From contig CAWKHJ010000004.1 of assembly GCA_963849535.1 (NCBI GenBank), positions 195,977-259,976 of the forward strand: a stretch of 64,000 bases of DNA, given 5' to 3'. The notes under the pieces are model-generated. The model saw only the letters and a list, made by a program, of their open reading frames with translations, did not search any database and was not told the DNA's origin. Each line of letters begins with the position of its first letter. The stretch's first letter is position 1. Of the stretch, positions 19,010 to 27,486 are shown piece after piece. Source of the stretch: Terriglobia bacterium (GTDB lineage: Bacteria; Acidobacteriota; Terriglobia; Bryobacterales; Bryobacteraceae). The position numbers and the translations under genes are program-made.

Positions 19010-20259
19010 GTGGCTGTGTTGCGACTCCGGACATCTGGTGGGGCCGCTGATGATGCCCGAATAACTCTTGGGAAACTTGAGCGCTATCTGTTTGATGTTC
19101 TCGCCCGGAGGAGCGCGACGGATTCTTCGCTGAGCTTTTGGAAAACCAAGATCTCTATAACGTGTTCGCGGAGCGGCAAATCCTCACTGAGCTGCTTGCT
19201 GACCCGGGCATCCGACGCGATGCTCAAGCCGCGCTGGTGGAGTCGAAGCCATTTCTTCACCGCTTTCACTCGCCGAATTGGGCGTGGGTAGGCCTCGGCA
19301 TAATCTTGGCCGGAATTGTCATAATCATCGTCGTTTCTTTACGCGTGCAAGACCACACGATGCGGCGTCCCGAGATCGCAGGAGCTCCCGGCGTGCTGCG
19401 GCAAACTCCGGCGGCTTCAAAGGCGGCTGCCGACCGCGGTGCCATTACCCAACCCCAGCCTGGTATCGGCGGCACGAAGGCGCGGCAGGCGCAAAAAGAG
19501 GTCTTTGCTTTTCTCTTACTACCTGGCGAGCGTGGCGCGAGCTCGGAAAACGTGCTTCGGTTCGGTCCGGCAGTGAAGGCCGTCCTGTTCGAAATTCCGT
19601 TTCATGAGGACCCGTCGCAACGCTATTCGGTCCGTCTCGCTACTGCAGGCGGCGAGAGCATCAGTAGGTTCAGCGGATTAACTTCGAGCCGATTGCATCG
19701 GGGCGAGACGGGATTGACGATCCGGGTCCCTTCGAATCTGCTAGCCGATGGAGACTACATCGTTATCGTTTCAGTTGGCAGCCGACAGGGCACTGCAGAT
19801 TTGGCTGACTATAGCTTTCGAGCATTCGGCGCGCATGTGCGGCGAAGGTCGTACGCGAACCGAAGTGCCGTTTTCCCGCCCTCTTCTGCGGCGGCCTCCG
19901 CCGTGTCAATTGGCGTAGGACTGCTGCACTCAGCCGTGATTTGCAATCTACTAGCGAAAACCTCGAAGAGTCAGGTTTCTGCTCAAGCAGACCATTTGCA
20001 GTGTAAACAGCTCGCAATCAAATGCCATCCCTACGCTCGGATACGTCTCCAGGACGGGCCGCGGAATTCTCGAATTTGGTGTACCGGTCGAGAAGCGCAA
20101 GTTGATTCTGCCCGTCGGTCCATTGGCCTCAGCTCGTCAGACAGGCGAAGAAGACACCGAACGGGCAAGGCGTTCGCCAGGATGGCCCGCAAGGTACAGG
20201 GCGCAAAGCTTAGTTTGAGAACACGGGCGCGGTTCGGATGCGCCTTTAGCGGGAGGTAA
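19010..20259 (+). CDS. anti-sigma-factor-like single-pass membrane protein (5' frameshift; 3' end uncertain)
   Basis: LERYLFDVLA|PEERDGFFAELLENQDLYNVFAERQ is joined across a shift at GCCCGG (~19105). There is a TM segment WAWVGLGIILAGIVIIIVVSL and an extracytoplasmic domain ending ..ADYSFRA (~19830). The Arg/Cys-rich tail to 20259 does not look coding. Confidence 0.4.
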
Positions 20260-20406
20260 TCCGGCTTTGATATGCAGAACCCAAATGACTTTGCAGCGGC
20301 GGGGCGTTTTACGTGATTGACGTATAATCCGCGGCGGCTTTATACGTATCGGCACTCGACTACTTTGACGAGAGCGGCGGGAAAACACGCGGCGCCGGTA
20401 CTCTCG

Positions 20407-21789
20407 TTATTTGATCTTTTTGAACTGAGGACGGCTCAGCCAATTGCGAACAGTTTGGCTCCGGCTCAGGTTTCCGAATTCCGTGGAAGGGGGCGCCGGC
20501 ACCGCTCCCGGTGACACTGCCTTGTTTTCCAAGCCTTGCAGCGCGCATGGCAGAGCGCGAACTGTCCCAGGACTCGACAGGCTGGGGACGCTCGCATTGG
20601 GAGATGAGAAGTTGAATTTCGCGACGGGGTTACCAATTGCAGGAGACGCATCACGCAGCGTCAGTGGTGACAGTCCCCAACGCCACTCAATCAGCTTCAG
20701 GATGGCAGTATGATCGTAAACCGTCGAATCGACTTGGTTGTTGCCGCGTGTGAATGGTGAGGCGATCACGGCCGGTATTCGAAAGCCGAGCAGCGCGGCC
20801 CCATTCACCAGATTAGTGTCGAGGCTATTCGGCGCCACTACACGGGGTGGAGCAACGTGATCGAAGAAGCCGCCCCATTCATCGAAAATGACAATCATAA
20901 CCGTGCTGGACCACTTCGGTCCACGCGTGACCGCGTGGAACACTTGCGATAGAAACGCTTCGCCGTTACGAATGTCCGAATGCGGGTGGTCGTCATTCCC
21001 GAGGCCGTCGTCGAACTCTGTAAATTTCGGATCTAGGAACGAAACTGCCGGCAAATTGCCGGAACCAACGTCAGAGAGAAAGTCGTCGAAGTCCGCCGAA
21101 ATTGTTAGATATTTCAGACCCCACAAGGAAAGATAAGGGACGTTTCCGAAATAGTAGCGATGGGAGATTCCAGCCTTTGAGAGCGAATCGAAGATGGTTG
21201 GCAGTTCACTTATCGATAGCGTGTTTGAGAGCCGATCCGTTTGTGCGGCCAACAGGAACATGCGGTTCGGGAAAGTCTCAGCCAAAATAGGGGCAAACCA
21301 GTGGTCACACGTCGTGTACGCCTGGGCGAAGGCCGAGAGAAAGGGAAGCTCCGCCGGGCTGTAGTAACCGATGCTGTAGATGTCATTCCCCGGGACTCGC
21401 AAGAACCCATCCATGCGTCCGTTGTCATACGCGGTGAGGTTCGGGTTGCCATAAGAGTTGTTCGGTATATTATGACCGCATCCGGTGAAATCGCTGTCGA
21501 GCGAATATACCGGGTGGGAGGCGCCTGATGTGTCGCCATAGCTGAGCCCAGCGGGTATTCCGTCAGCGTGGGGAAGCCAGCCGAGAAAATGATCGAAGCT
21601 CCGGTTTTCCATCACGACGACGACCACATGCTCGATGCCGGAGTTCGAGGGGCTCACGTTTGTGGGGTTTGGGAGCGGACCGGGCGGTGGCGCCGGATGT
21701 CGAGGGACACGCGCGACGCATCCAGTCGTCACGCCTACAGCTCCCAGTCCAGCGGTCAAGAGTGTTTGCGTGAAGCGCCGTCGGTTCAT
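20407..21789 (-). CDS. phosphoesterase family protein (non-haemolytic phospholipase C / acid phosphatase AcpA-like), Tat-signal
   Basis: It has IEHVVVVVMENRSFDHFLGWL and NDDHPHSDIRNGE motifs and a Tat leader MNRRRFTQTLLTAGLGAVG. The start is placed at ATG 21789. Confidence 0.85.
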   Translation of the reverse strand: MNRRRFTQTLLTAGLGAVGVTTGCVARVPRHPAPPPGPLPNPTNVSPSNSGIEHVVVVVMENRSFDHFLGWLPHADGIPAGLSYGDTSGASHPVYSLDSDFTGCGHNIPNNSYGNPNLTAYDNGRMDGFLRVPGNDIYSIGYYSPAELPFLSAFAQAYTTCDHWFAPILAETFPNRMFLLAAQTDRLSNTLSISELPTIFDSLSKAGISHRYYFGNVPYLSLWGLKYLTISADFDDFLSDVGSGNLPAVSFLDPKFTEFDDGLGNDDHPHSDIRNGEAFLSQVFHAVTRGPKWSSTVMIVIFDEWGGFFDHVAPPRVVAPNSLDTNLVNGAALLGFRIPAVIASPFTRGNNQVDSTVYDHTAILKLIEWRWGLSPLTLRDASPAIGNPVAKFNFSSPNASVPSLSSPGTVRALPCALQGLENKAVSPGAVPAPPSTEFGNLSRSQTVRNWLSRPQFKKIK

Positions 21790-21860
21790 CGGATGCTGGA
21801 CTCTCCTTTTCAGCGAATCGAGTATACACTTCCTGGCAGACAGCCATACGCTATCCGACG

Positions 21861-21992
21861 TTACAATCCAAAACTCAAGGCCTGTAGCGGCGGGCGCGAG
21901 ATCATTCCGCTCATCCATTCCGCCCGCCGATGATCTTGATCTTTCCGGTTAGCGAATGCTACAAGAAAGCCGGTATCCGCAATGGCTTTCAC
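21861..21992 (-). pseudogene. vapC: PIN-domain toxin (VapC-like), only the first ~43 codons remain
   Basis: The GTG overlaps the antitoxin stop (GTGA). VKAIADTGFLVAFANRKDQDHRRAEW is a typical PIN N-terminus with the first acidic residue. The frame closes after 43 codons and the phospholipase gene follows. Confidence 0.5.
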
Positions 21993-22199
21993 TTACGCGA
22001 GAAGCCTTTGCGGATGGAGAGGTCTGGTTGGGCCGGCTATGACGCCGGCCAAGCGAAGAAATGGGCGACTGCTAGGGGCTCTTTGCCTTTTCGAGTTCCG
22101 CGCGCACGATGCGCCCACGCGACATGCCGGTTTACGTGCGGTTTCGTCCAGCCAATGGGCGAGATCGTCCGGAAGACGGACAGTAAGCGTATTACCCAT
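21989..22199 (-). pseudogene. vapB: ribbon-helix-helix antitoxin (VapB/CopG-like) with three frame changes
   Basis: The family-like reading is MGNTLTVRLPDDLAHWLDETARK / TGMSRGRIVRAELEKAKSP / SSRPFLRLAGVIAG / QPDLSIRKGFSRK*. It requires alternating between two frames. The track ORF stays open only by chance. Confidence 0.55.
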
Positions 22200-22212
22200 T
22201 TTGCGGCGTGTG

Positions 22213-25119
22213 TTAGGGCTCGTCTTCGGCATCGAGCGCCGCGGCTGCGCCGGGTTTTTCGAGGTACGGGATGCCGTTCTTCATCCAGCCGGGTTCCGGA
22301 TCGCCTTTGAGATAGTAGCCGAAGAATTGCTGCAGGCGAAGGGCATAGTCCTTCTGATTGGCGCGGCGGCGCAGGTTGTGCGGTTCGCCGTTGTAAGTGA
22401 ACATATACACTTCCTTGTTCAAGCGGCGCAGAGCCAGATAGTACTCAATGCCCTGATACCAGGGCACGGCGTCGTCGGCATCGTTGTGAATCATGAGCAA
22501 AGGCGTGTTCACGCGGTCGGCCATAAAGATCGGCGAGTTTTCGATATAGCGCAGCGGGAATTGCCAGACGCTTCCGCCGATGCGGCTTTGCGTGCGCTCG
22601 TATTGAAACTGGCGGGGAATGCCGGGTCCCCAACGAATGCCGTCATAGGCGCTGATCATGTCGGCGACGGGAGCGCCGGCCGCCGCCGCGCGGAACCGGT
22701 TGGTACGAGTGATCATGTAAGCGATCTGGTAACCGCCCCAACTGTGGCCCTGGATTCCGATGGCGGATTCATTCACGAATCCGCGGTTCACGACGGCCTG
22801 GATGGCGGGCAAAACGCAGTTCAACGCACTCTGGCCGGGATACCCGACTTTGTAGACGATATCCGGCTCCAGAACCAGATAGCCATTGCTGACGTACAGC
22901 GGCGGGCTGATTACGTTATAGGGTCTCGGCTCGATGAAGTTGTTGACGTTCTGCGTGAGCCGCTCGTAGATGTAGACCAGTAGCGGATACTTCTTATTTG
23001 GATCGAAGTTCTCCGGCTTGTAAAGAGTGGCCTGCAGGGGTACGCCATCGGCATTATTGAAGTGAACCAGTTCGGCGCTTCCCCACAACAGACCTGCCAT
23101 TTGAGGGTCGGCATCGGTGACTTTATTGAGCTCGCGGAAGCTGCCGTCTGTAACCAGCAAGTCCGGATACTCACTGAATGTTGAAGCCGCGGTGACGTAA
23201 ACCTCGGCGTTGCGCGCCTTTATCGGCGGGGCGAAGTTTTTGGCGGCGAAGATCAGCTTTTCAGGCGCGGCCTCAGCCCCGATCCTCGTTTTGTAGAAGC
23301 CGGTATCGTGCGTCTGATCACTCTCAACGCGCAGCAAAAGCGGCTTTTCAGGATTGATCCAGCGCGATGCCGGATCGCTGTTCTCAAAGCGCACTATGCG
23401 AAATTGAAGCCGGTTTTTGCGACCGACTCCCTGTGTGAGGTTGAGGGCTGACGAACCATCCGGATTGCATTGCCAGATATCGTAGCGGTCGTAAATCAAG
23501 ACGTATCGGCCATCGCGAGTCCAGCCTGCGAGCCGGTACGAGTCCGGAAAGCCGGGAATGTCGTTTTGCTCGTTGGCGAAGGAAACACCGAGTTTTGCAG
23601 TCAGATTGATGGCCCGGGCGTCGGCGGTCGAGATGGCGATCCAGTCCTTGCCATTGAAGTAAATGGCATAGCGGGAACTAGGCGACCAGGTCAGCCGGTT
23701 GATGTGCTTCCCGGCAACCAGCTTGCGCTCTCCCGTTGCCGTGTTCACCAGATAAGAATCGGTGTAATGGCTGTCGTAATCCTCTAGCCGCCGGTAGGAC
23801 CGGTTGTCATTGCCGATGGCATACAGGCCGTCATTGCTCGGCGATAGCTCGTTCATGGTTTCGTCCGCGAGTTGTTTGAACTTCTTGCTGCCGAGGTCAT
23901 AGACGGCTTCATAGGAACGGAAGCGTTCGGCGCGCGCACGAATCTTCTGCATGGGCTGGATGAAGTCGTCTTTCCAGGACCACAGATCGACGGAAACGCG
24001 CTCGTCTTCCGGTAGGTTCGGGATAGAGGCGGCTGGGGGCCTCCGGGGAGCGGTACCCAAGAAAATGCGTGTTCCGCCTTTGGCGATCACGGGGGTGAAA
24101 TGGTCGGAGATGGTCCAGCCTGGCGGGAAGCCAGCTATCTTGCTCGATACCATTTCGGTAGCTTCGGGCGAGCGGCGATCCCAGGAGTAAAGCTTGAACT
24201 CAGGCTTTTTAGCTGCGGCATCATCTCTGTCGCTCAAAAATGCCAGGCGGTTTTGATCCTCGTCCCAGGCAAGCTTGTTGTATTTTCCTTTTCCGGCGAG
24301 CAGTGGCGTGGGTTGCTTAGTGTCCAGTCCCACATGATTGTCAAGAACGTGCGGTAAAGCATGGCCAGGGGGCCGCGCGCGGACGGCGGCGTCCGCCCCC
24401 CAGAGCGCGTAGATGCCGTTGGTCGCCGCGGCGGGATCGGCAATGGCGTAAACGAGAGCGCCCGCGTCATTGGTCAGGGTGTACTCGGAAACTCCGGCGA
24501 ATTTGCGTTCCCATCCCGTTTGCAGATTGCGAAGAACCAGGTTGCCCGTTTCAATTTTGTGTTTTTTCGGAGCGGACTCAGAGCTTGCTTTATGTTCGGG
24601 TATCTGGAGATATGCCAGATAGCCGCTCGCGTGCGTGGGAAGCTGAAAATCTTTGACGCTACTGGGGCGGAAGATCGCGCCCGATGTGAGATTCAGGATC
24701 AGCAGGTCGCCTTTCGGCATGTTCTCTTTGTTGCGTTTCTCGCGCTTTGCCTGCTCTACCGCCGCGTGCGCAGGGAAAGTGGAGGTCACGAGAAATCGAC
24801 TGTCCGGTGTGAATTTGATGGCGATTCCGGGAGGCAAGCGAGGCGTGTTTTCGCGCTCGGGATTGGCGTAATCAGGAGGCGGGGGCGGCGGCAATTCACC
24901 GACCGGCTGCCTGACCTCTTTGCCTGTTTTCAGATCACGAACGACCAGCTCGCCATCGCCCTGCTGTGGAAACAGGGCATAGGCCAGATAGCGTCCGTCG
25001 TTAGAGAGGGTTTGATTTTGAATGTGACGCCAGGAATCGTAATCGTCCTGGGTCAAAGGCCGCTTTTGGGCCAGCAGCGGGCAAAAGAAAACCAGTGCTA
25101 AGGCGAAGCGCTTCCCCAT
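22213..25119 (-). CDS. S9 family peptidase (prolyl oligopeptidase/dipeptidyl peptidase-like) with large N-terminal beta-propeller region
   Basis: 968 aa with a signal peptide. The catalytic serine context is IGIQGHSWGGYQIAYM, and the later DDAVPWYQG and GEPHNL motifs fit the Asp and His of the triad. Confidence 0.9.
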   Translation of the reverse strand: MGKRFALALVFFCPLLAQKRPLTQDDYDSWRHIQNQTLSNDGRYLAYALFPQQGDGELVVRDLKTGKEVRQPVGELPPPPPPDYANPERENTPRLPPGIAIKFTPDSRFLVTSTFPAHAAVEQAKREKRNKENMPKGDLLILNLTSGAIFRPSSVKDFQLPTHASGYLAYLQIPEHKASSESAPKKHKIETGNLVLRNLQTGWERKFAGVSEYTLTNDAGALVYAIADPAAATNGIYALWGADAAVRARPPGHALPHVLDNHVGLDTKQPTPLLAGKGKYNKLAWDEDQNRLAFLSDRDDAAAKKPEFKLYSWDRRSPEATEMVSSKIAGFPPGWTISDHFTPVIAKGGTRIFLGTAPRRPPAASIPNLPEDERVSVDLWSWKDDFIQPMQKIRARAERFRSYEAVYDLGSKKFKQLADETMNELSPSNDGLYAIGNDNRSYRRLEDYDSHYTDSYLVNTATGERKLVAGKHINRLTWSPSSRYAIYFNGKDWIAISTADARAINLTAKLGVSFANEQNDIPGFPDSYRLAGWTRDGRYVLIYDRYDIWQCNPDGSSALNLTQGVGRKNRLQFRIVRFENSDPASRWINPEKPLLLRVESDQTHDTGFYKTRIGAEAAPEKLIFAAKNFAPPIKARNAEVYVTAASTFSEYPDLLVTDGSFRELNKVTDADPQMAGLLWGSAELVHFNNADGVPLQATLYKPENFDPNKKYPLLVYIYERLTQNVNNFIEPRPYNVISPPLYVSNGYLVLEPDIVYKVGYPGQSALNCVLPAIQAVVNRGFVNESAIGIQGHSWGGYQIAYMITRTNRFRAAAAGAPVADMISAYDGIRWGPGIPRQFQYERTQSRIGGSVWQFPLRYIENSPIFMADRVNTPLLMIHNDADDAVPWYQGIEYYLALRRLNKEVYMFTYNGEPHNLRRRANQKDYALRLQQFFGYYLKGDPEPGWMKNGIPYLEKPGAAAALDAEDEP

Positions 25120-25137
25120 CGTGCAGTATTTTGTAGC

Positions 25138-25323
25138 TTAGCGGACGCGATCTTGGATGCGGGGAGCACGCTCGGATTGCTCGGAGGCAACAAGATTCTT
25201 CACGTTCTCGAGCTCTTTTTTCAAGCGAGTGTTACGCCGCGCCAGGCTAATGACATAAAGAAGCACAATGAGCCAGGCGGCGAGAAAGCCGTAAAACATG
25301 AAAGTGAAATTGCGGGCGTCCAT
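25138..25323 (-). CDS. ccmD: CcmD-like small membrane protein
   Basis: 61 aa (MDARNFTFMFYGFLAAWLIVLLYVISLARRNTRLKKELE) immediately after ccmC. Only the last 61 codons of track ORF 25138..25731 look real. Confidence 0.6.
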   Translation of the reverse strand: MDARNFTFMFYGFLAAWLIVLLYVISLARRNTRLKKELENVKNLVASEQSERAPRIQDRVR

Positions 25324-25334
25324 AAAACCTCTAT

Positions 25335-26021
25335 TTAAGCGACATTGGCGAAGCGGCGCAAGGAATCGATTTCGCGGGCAGTGGATTCCTGCCGTGTGCG
25401 GATGAGTACCAGAGCCGCGGCGACCATCAAAAGAGCGAAGAAGTTGAGATAAATCATGTGCTCCATGGCGGGATCGATGTTGCCACCGCCGGTACGTATG
25501 CTCAGGACCGGAGCAGGATGCTGCGTACGGAACCATTCGATGGATTTCCAGACAATCACTACATCGACGCAACCGAAGATGCAGAGCGCGGCCGAGAGGC
25601 GCGCCCGCTGAGTGGGCTCGTCGATAGCGCGGCGCATCATGATATAGGCGCTGAAAATGAGCACGCAGACCAGAGCGGAAGTCAGGCGGTAATCCCAAGT
25701 CCACCAGATGCCCCAGATGACTCGCGCCCAAATACTGCCGGTAACGATGTTCACTACCGAAAAAATCACCGACACTTCGACGACGGAGGCGGCGAGCGCG
25801 TCGTAACGGAACTGACCCGAAGAAAGGTAAAGTACGCTGAGGGCGAGGGCAACGAAATAGCCGATCATGCCTGTGATGGCAGCCGGTATGTGAAAAAACA
25901 TGATGCGATAGATGGGGCCTTGCAGCGCATCGTCCGGCAACACAAGGAAGATTTGGTGCAGGTCGTAAGCTAACAGCAACCCGGCAAGGACGGCCAGCGT
26001 TATCGCAATCTTTTCGCGCAT
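25335..26021 (-). CDS. ccmC: haem exporter protein CcmC
   Basis: A Trp-rich WWD motif (WARVIWGIWWTWDYRLTS) sits in a multi-pass membrane protein next to ccmB. Confidence 0.9.
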   Translation of the reverse strand: MREKIAITLAVLAGLLLAYDLHQIFLVLPDDALQGPIYRIMFFHIPAAITGMIGYFVALALSVLYLSSGQFRYDALAASVVEVSVIFSVVNIVTGSIWARVIWGIWWTWDYRLTSALVCVLIFSAYIMMRRAIDEPTQRARLSAALCIFGCVDVVIVWKSIEWFRTQHPAPVLSIRTGGGNIDPAMEHMIYLNFFALLMVAAALVLIRTRQESTAREIDSLRRFANVA

Positions 26022-26040
26022 AGTACTCCCTCTATTCTGC

Positions 26041-26721
26041 CTAATTCACCAGAATCGTGTCGGCTAGCAGCAAGGCGAGCGAGGTAAAGACAATATCGAA
26101 GACGACGAGCACGCGTGCCCAGAGCAGTTGTCCGGAGCTCAGAGGGGCGGCTTCGAAGAGCCCGTTGGTCAGTTCAATTGCCGCGATCAAGAGTGGAATA
26201 AGCAATGGATAGATCACGACCGGCAACATGAGCTCGCGCAAGCGCAGGTTGACCGTGAGTGCTCCGAACACGGCGCCGAGGGTAGCGATTCCCCACGTGG
26301 CAAAGATAAAGACCAGAGCAAGGCTGCTTAAGTGAATCCACCAGCGAATGTCATAAAAGATCCCGAATACGAAAAGCGATACGATCTCGACCGCAAGCAG
26401 GGTAACGAAATTCGCGATGGCTTTGCCGATGAGGAGGCTGGAAGCGGAGAGGGGGGAAGAGAGTAAGGCATCGAGACATTCATTCGGCAGCTCGCGGGCG
26501 AATCCGCGGTTGAAAACGAGGGCGCCAGCAAAGGCAAATACGATCCAAAGCAGGCCTCCTGCGCTGCGACGAGTCTCTTCGGCGGTGACGTCGAAGGCGA
26601 AGCTTAAAAGCAGCAGGATCGCTACGGCAAATGCCCCCGCGGCGTTGAGGGACTCTTTTGTTCTGAGCTCCAGGGCAAGATCCTTGCCGGCTACGAGCAG
26701 CGCCTGCCGGAGCGTCCTCAA
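26041..26721 (-). CDS. ccmB: haem exporter protein CcmB
   Basis: 226-aa polytopic membrane protein between ccmA and ccmC. Its start overlaps the ccmA stop by 4 nt. Confidence 0.8.
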   Translation of the reverse strand: MRTLRQALLVAGKDLALELRTKESLNAAGAFAVAILLLLSFAFDVTAEETRRSAGGLLWIVFAFAGALVFNRGFARELPNECLDALLSSPLSASSLLIGKAIANFVTLLAVEIVSLFVFGIFYDIRWWIHLSSLALVFIFATWGIATLGAVFGALTVNLRLRELMLPVVIYPLLIPLLIAAIELTNGLFEAAPLSSGQLLWARVLVVFDIVFTSLALLLADTILVN

Positions 26722-27446
26722 GATGCGCCTAGCTCTGTATGGAGCCGGTAGAGATAGCCCGGATCATCCAACATCTCGGCGGTTCGTTCGCCCGAGTAAC
26801 GCAACCGGCCATTTTCAACCAGCGCCACGTGCGAGGCGATCGCCAGAGCCTCCCGAAGTTGGTGAGTGGAAAGAATGATGGTGGCGCCCCCGGCACGTGC
26901 TTCGTTAAGCAACTCGCCGAGCATGGCGATGGCGCGATCGTCGAGAGAGGTGAAGGGTTCATCGAGCAGCAGCAGCCTGGGCGAATGGAGAAAAGTGCGC
27001 GCCAAGGCTAAACGTTGACGCATGCCGCGCGAAAACTGGCGGACAGGCATGCCGGATACGCGATCGAGGCCGACACGCTCGAGCCATCGCGCGCAAGCGT
27101 GCGAGGCGGACTGCACACCGGCGACACGCGCGAAGAATTCGAGATTTTCGCGGGCAGACAAATCCTCGTAAACGCCAATGCCATGGCCCAGAAAGCCGAT
27201 GTGACGTCGAGCATGCTCGCTGCGAGGGGCTTCGCCGAATAAGCGTATCTCACCACGCTGAAACGGCGAAAGACCAGCCAGGATGCGAAGCAGCGTTGTC
27301 TTCCCTGCCCCATTCCGGCCAAGTAATGCACAACAGGAGCCTTCGAGAATGGTCAGCGTGCAATCGCGCAGAGCCGCATAATCGCCATAGAATTTCCAGA
27401 CGTGCTCCAAATGGACTTCGCGGCAGGGGCCGGCCGGCTGAGACAT
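26718..27446 (-). CDS. ccmA: cytochrome c biogenesis ABC transporter ATP-binding protein CcmA
   Basis: It has Walker A (GRNGAGKTTLLRILAG), the ABC signature (FSRGMRQRLALA) and Walker B (LLLLDEP). Confidence 0.9.
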   Translation of the reverse strand: MSQPAGPCREVHLEHVWKFYGDYAALRDCTLTILEGSCCALLGRNGAGKTTLLRILAGLSPFQRGEIRLFGEAPRSEHARRHIGFLGHGIGVYEDLSARENLEFFARVAGVQSASHACARWLERVGLDRVSGMPVRQFSRGMRQRLALARTFLHSPRLLLLDEPFTSLDDRAIAMLGELLNEARAGGATIILSTHQLREALAIASHVALVENGRLRYSGERTAEMLDDPGYLYRLHTELGAS

Positions 27447-27486
27447 TCCGCTGATCTCAGCTTACTTTCTGGAGTTACGATAAAGC

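Noticed and set aside
19850-20259. The C-terminal ~135 codons of the anti-sigma-like ORF.
   Set aside because: The Arg/Ser/Cys-rich composition is unlike the preceding domain, and the family-typical end (..YSFRA) is at ~19830. This is probably read-through after a lost stop or a frameshift. I kept it only inside the feature coordinates, with low confidence.
20317-20347. TTGACGTATAAT looks like a perfect -35/-10 pair. An 8-bp inverted repeat ACGTATAA/TTATACGT lies between the convergent anti-sigma ORF and the phospholipase C gene.
   Set aside because: The two hexamers are contiguous with no spacer, so this is not a sigma70 promoter. As a terminator, the AU-only 8-bp stem with a 12-nt GC-rich loop and no U-tract is weak.
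25324-25731. The N-terminal 136 codons of track ORF 25138..25731(-).
   Set aside because: This part overlaps ccmC in another frame and looks non-coding. Only the last 61 codons (the CcmD-like TM protein starting at MDARN) are plausible.
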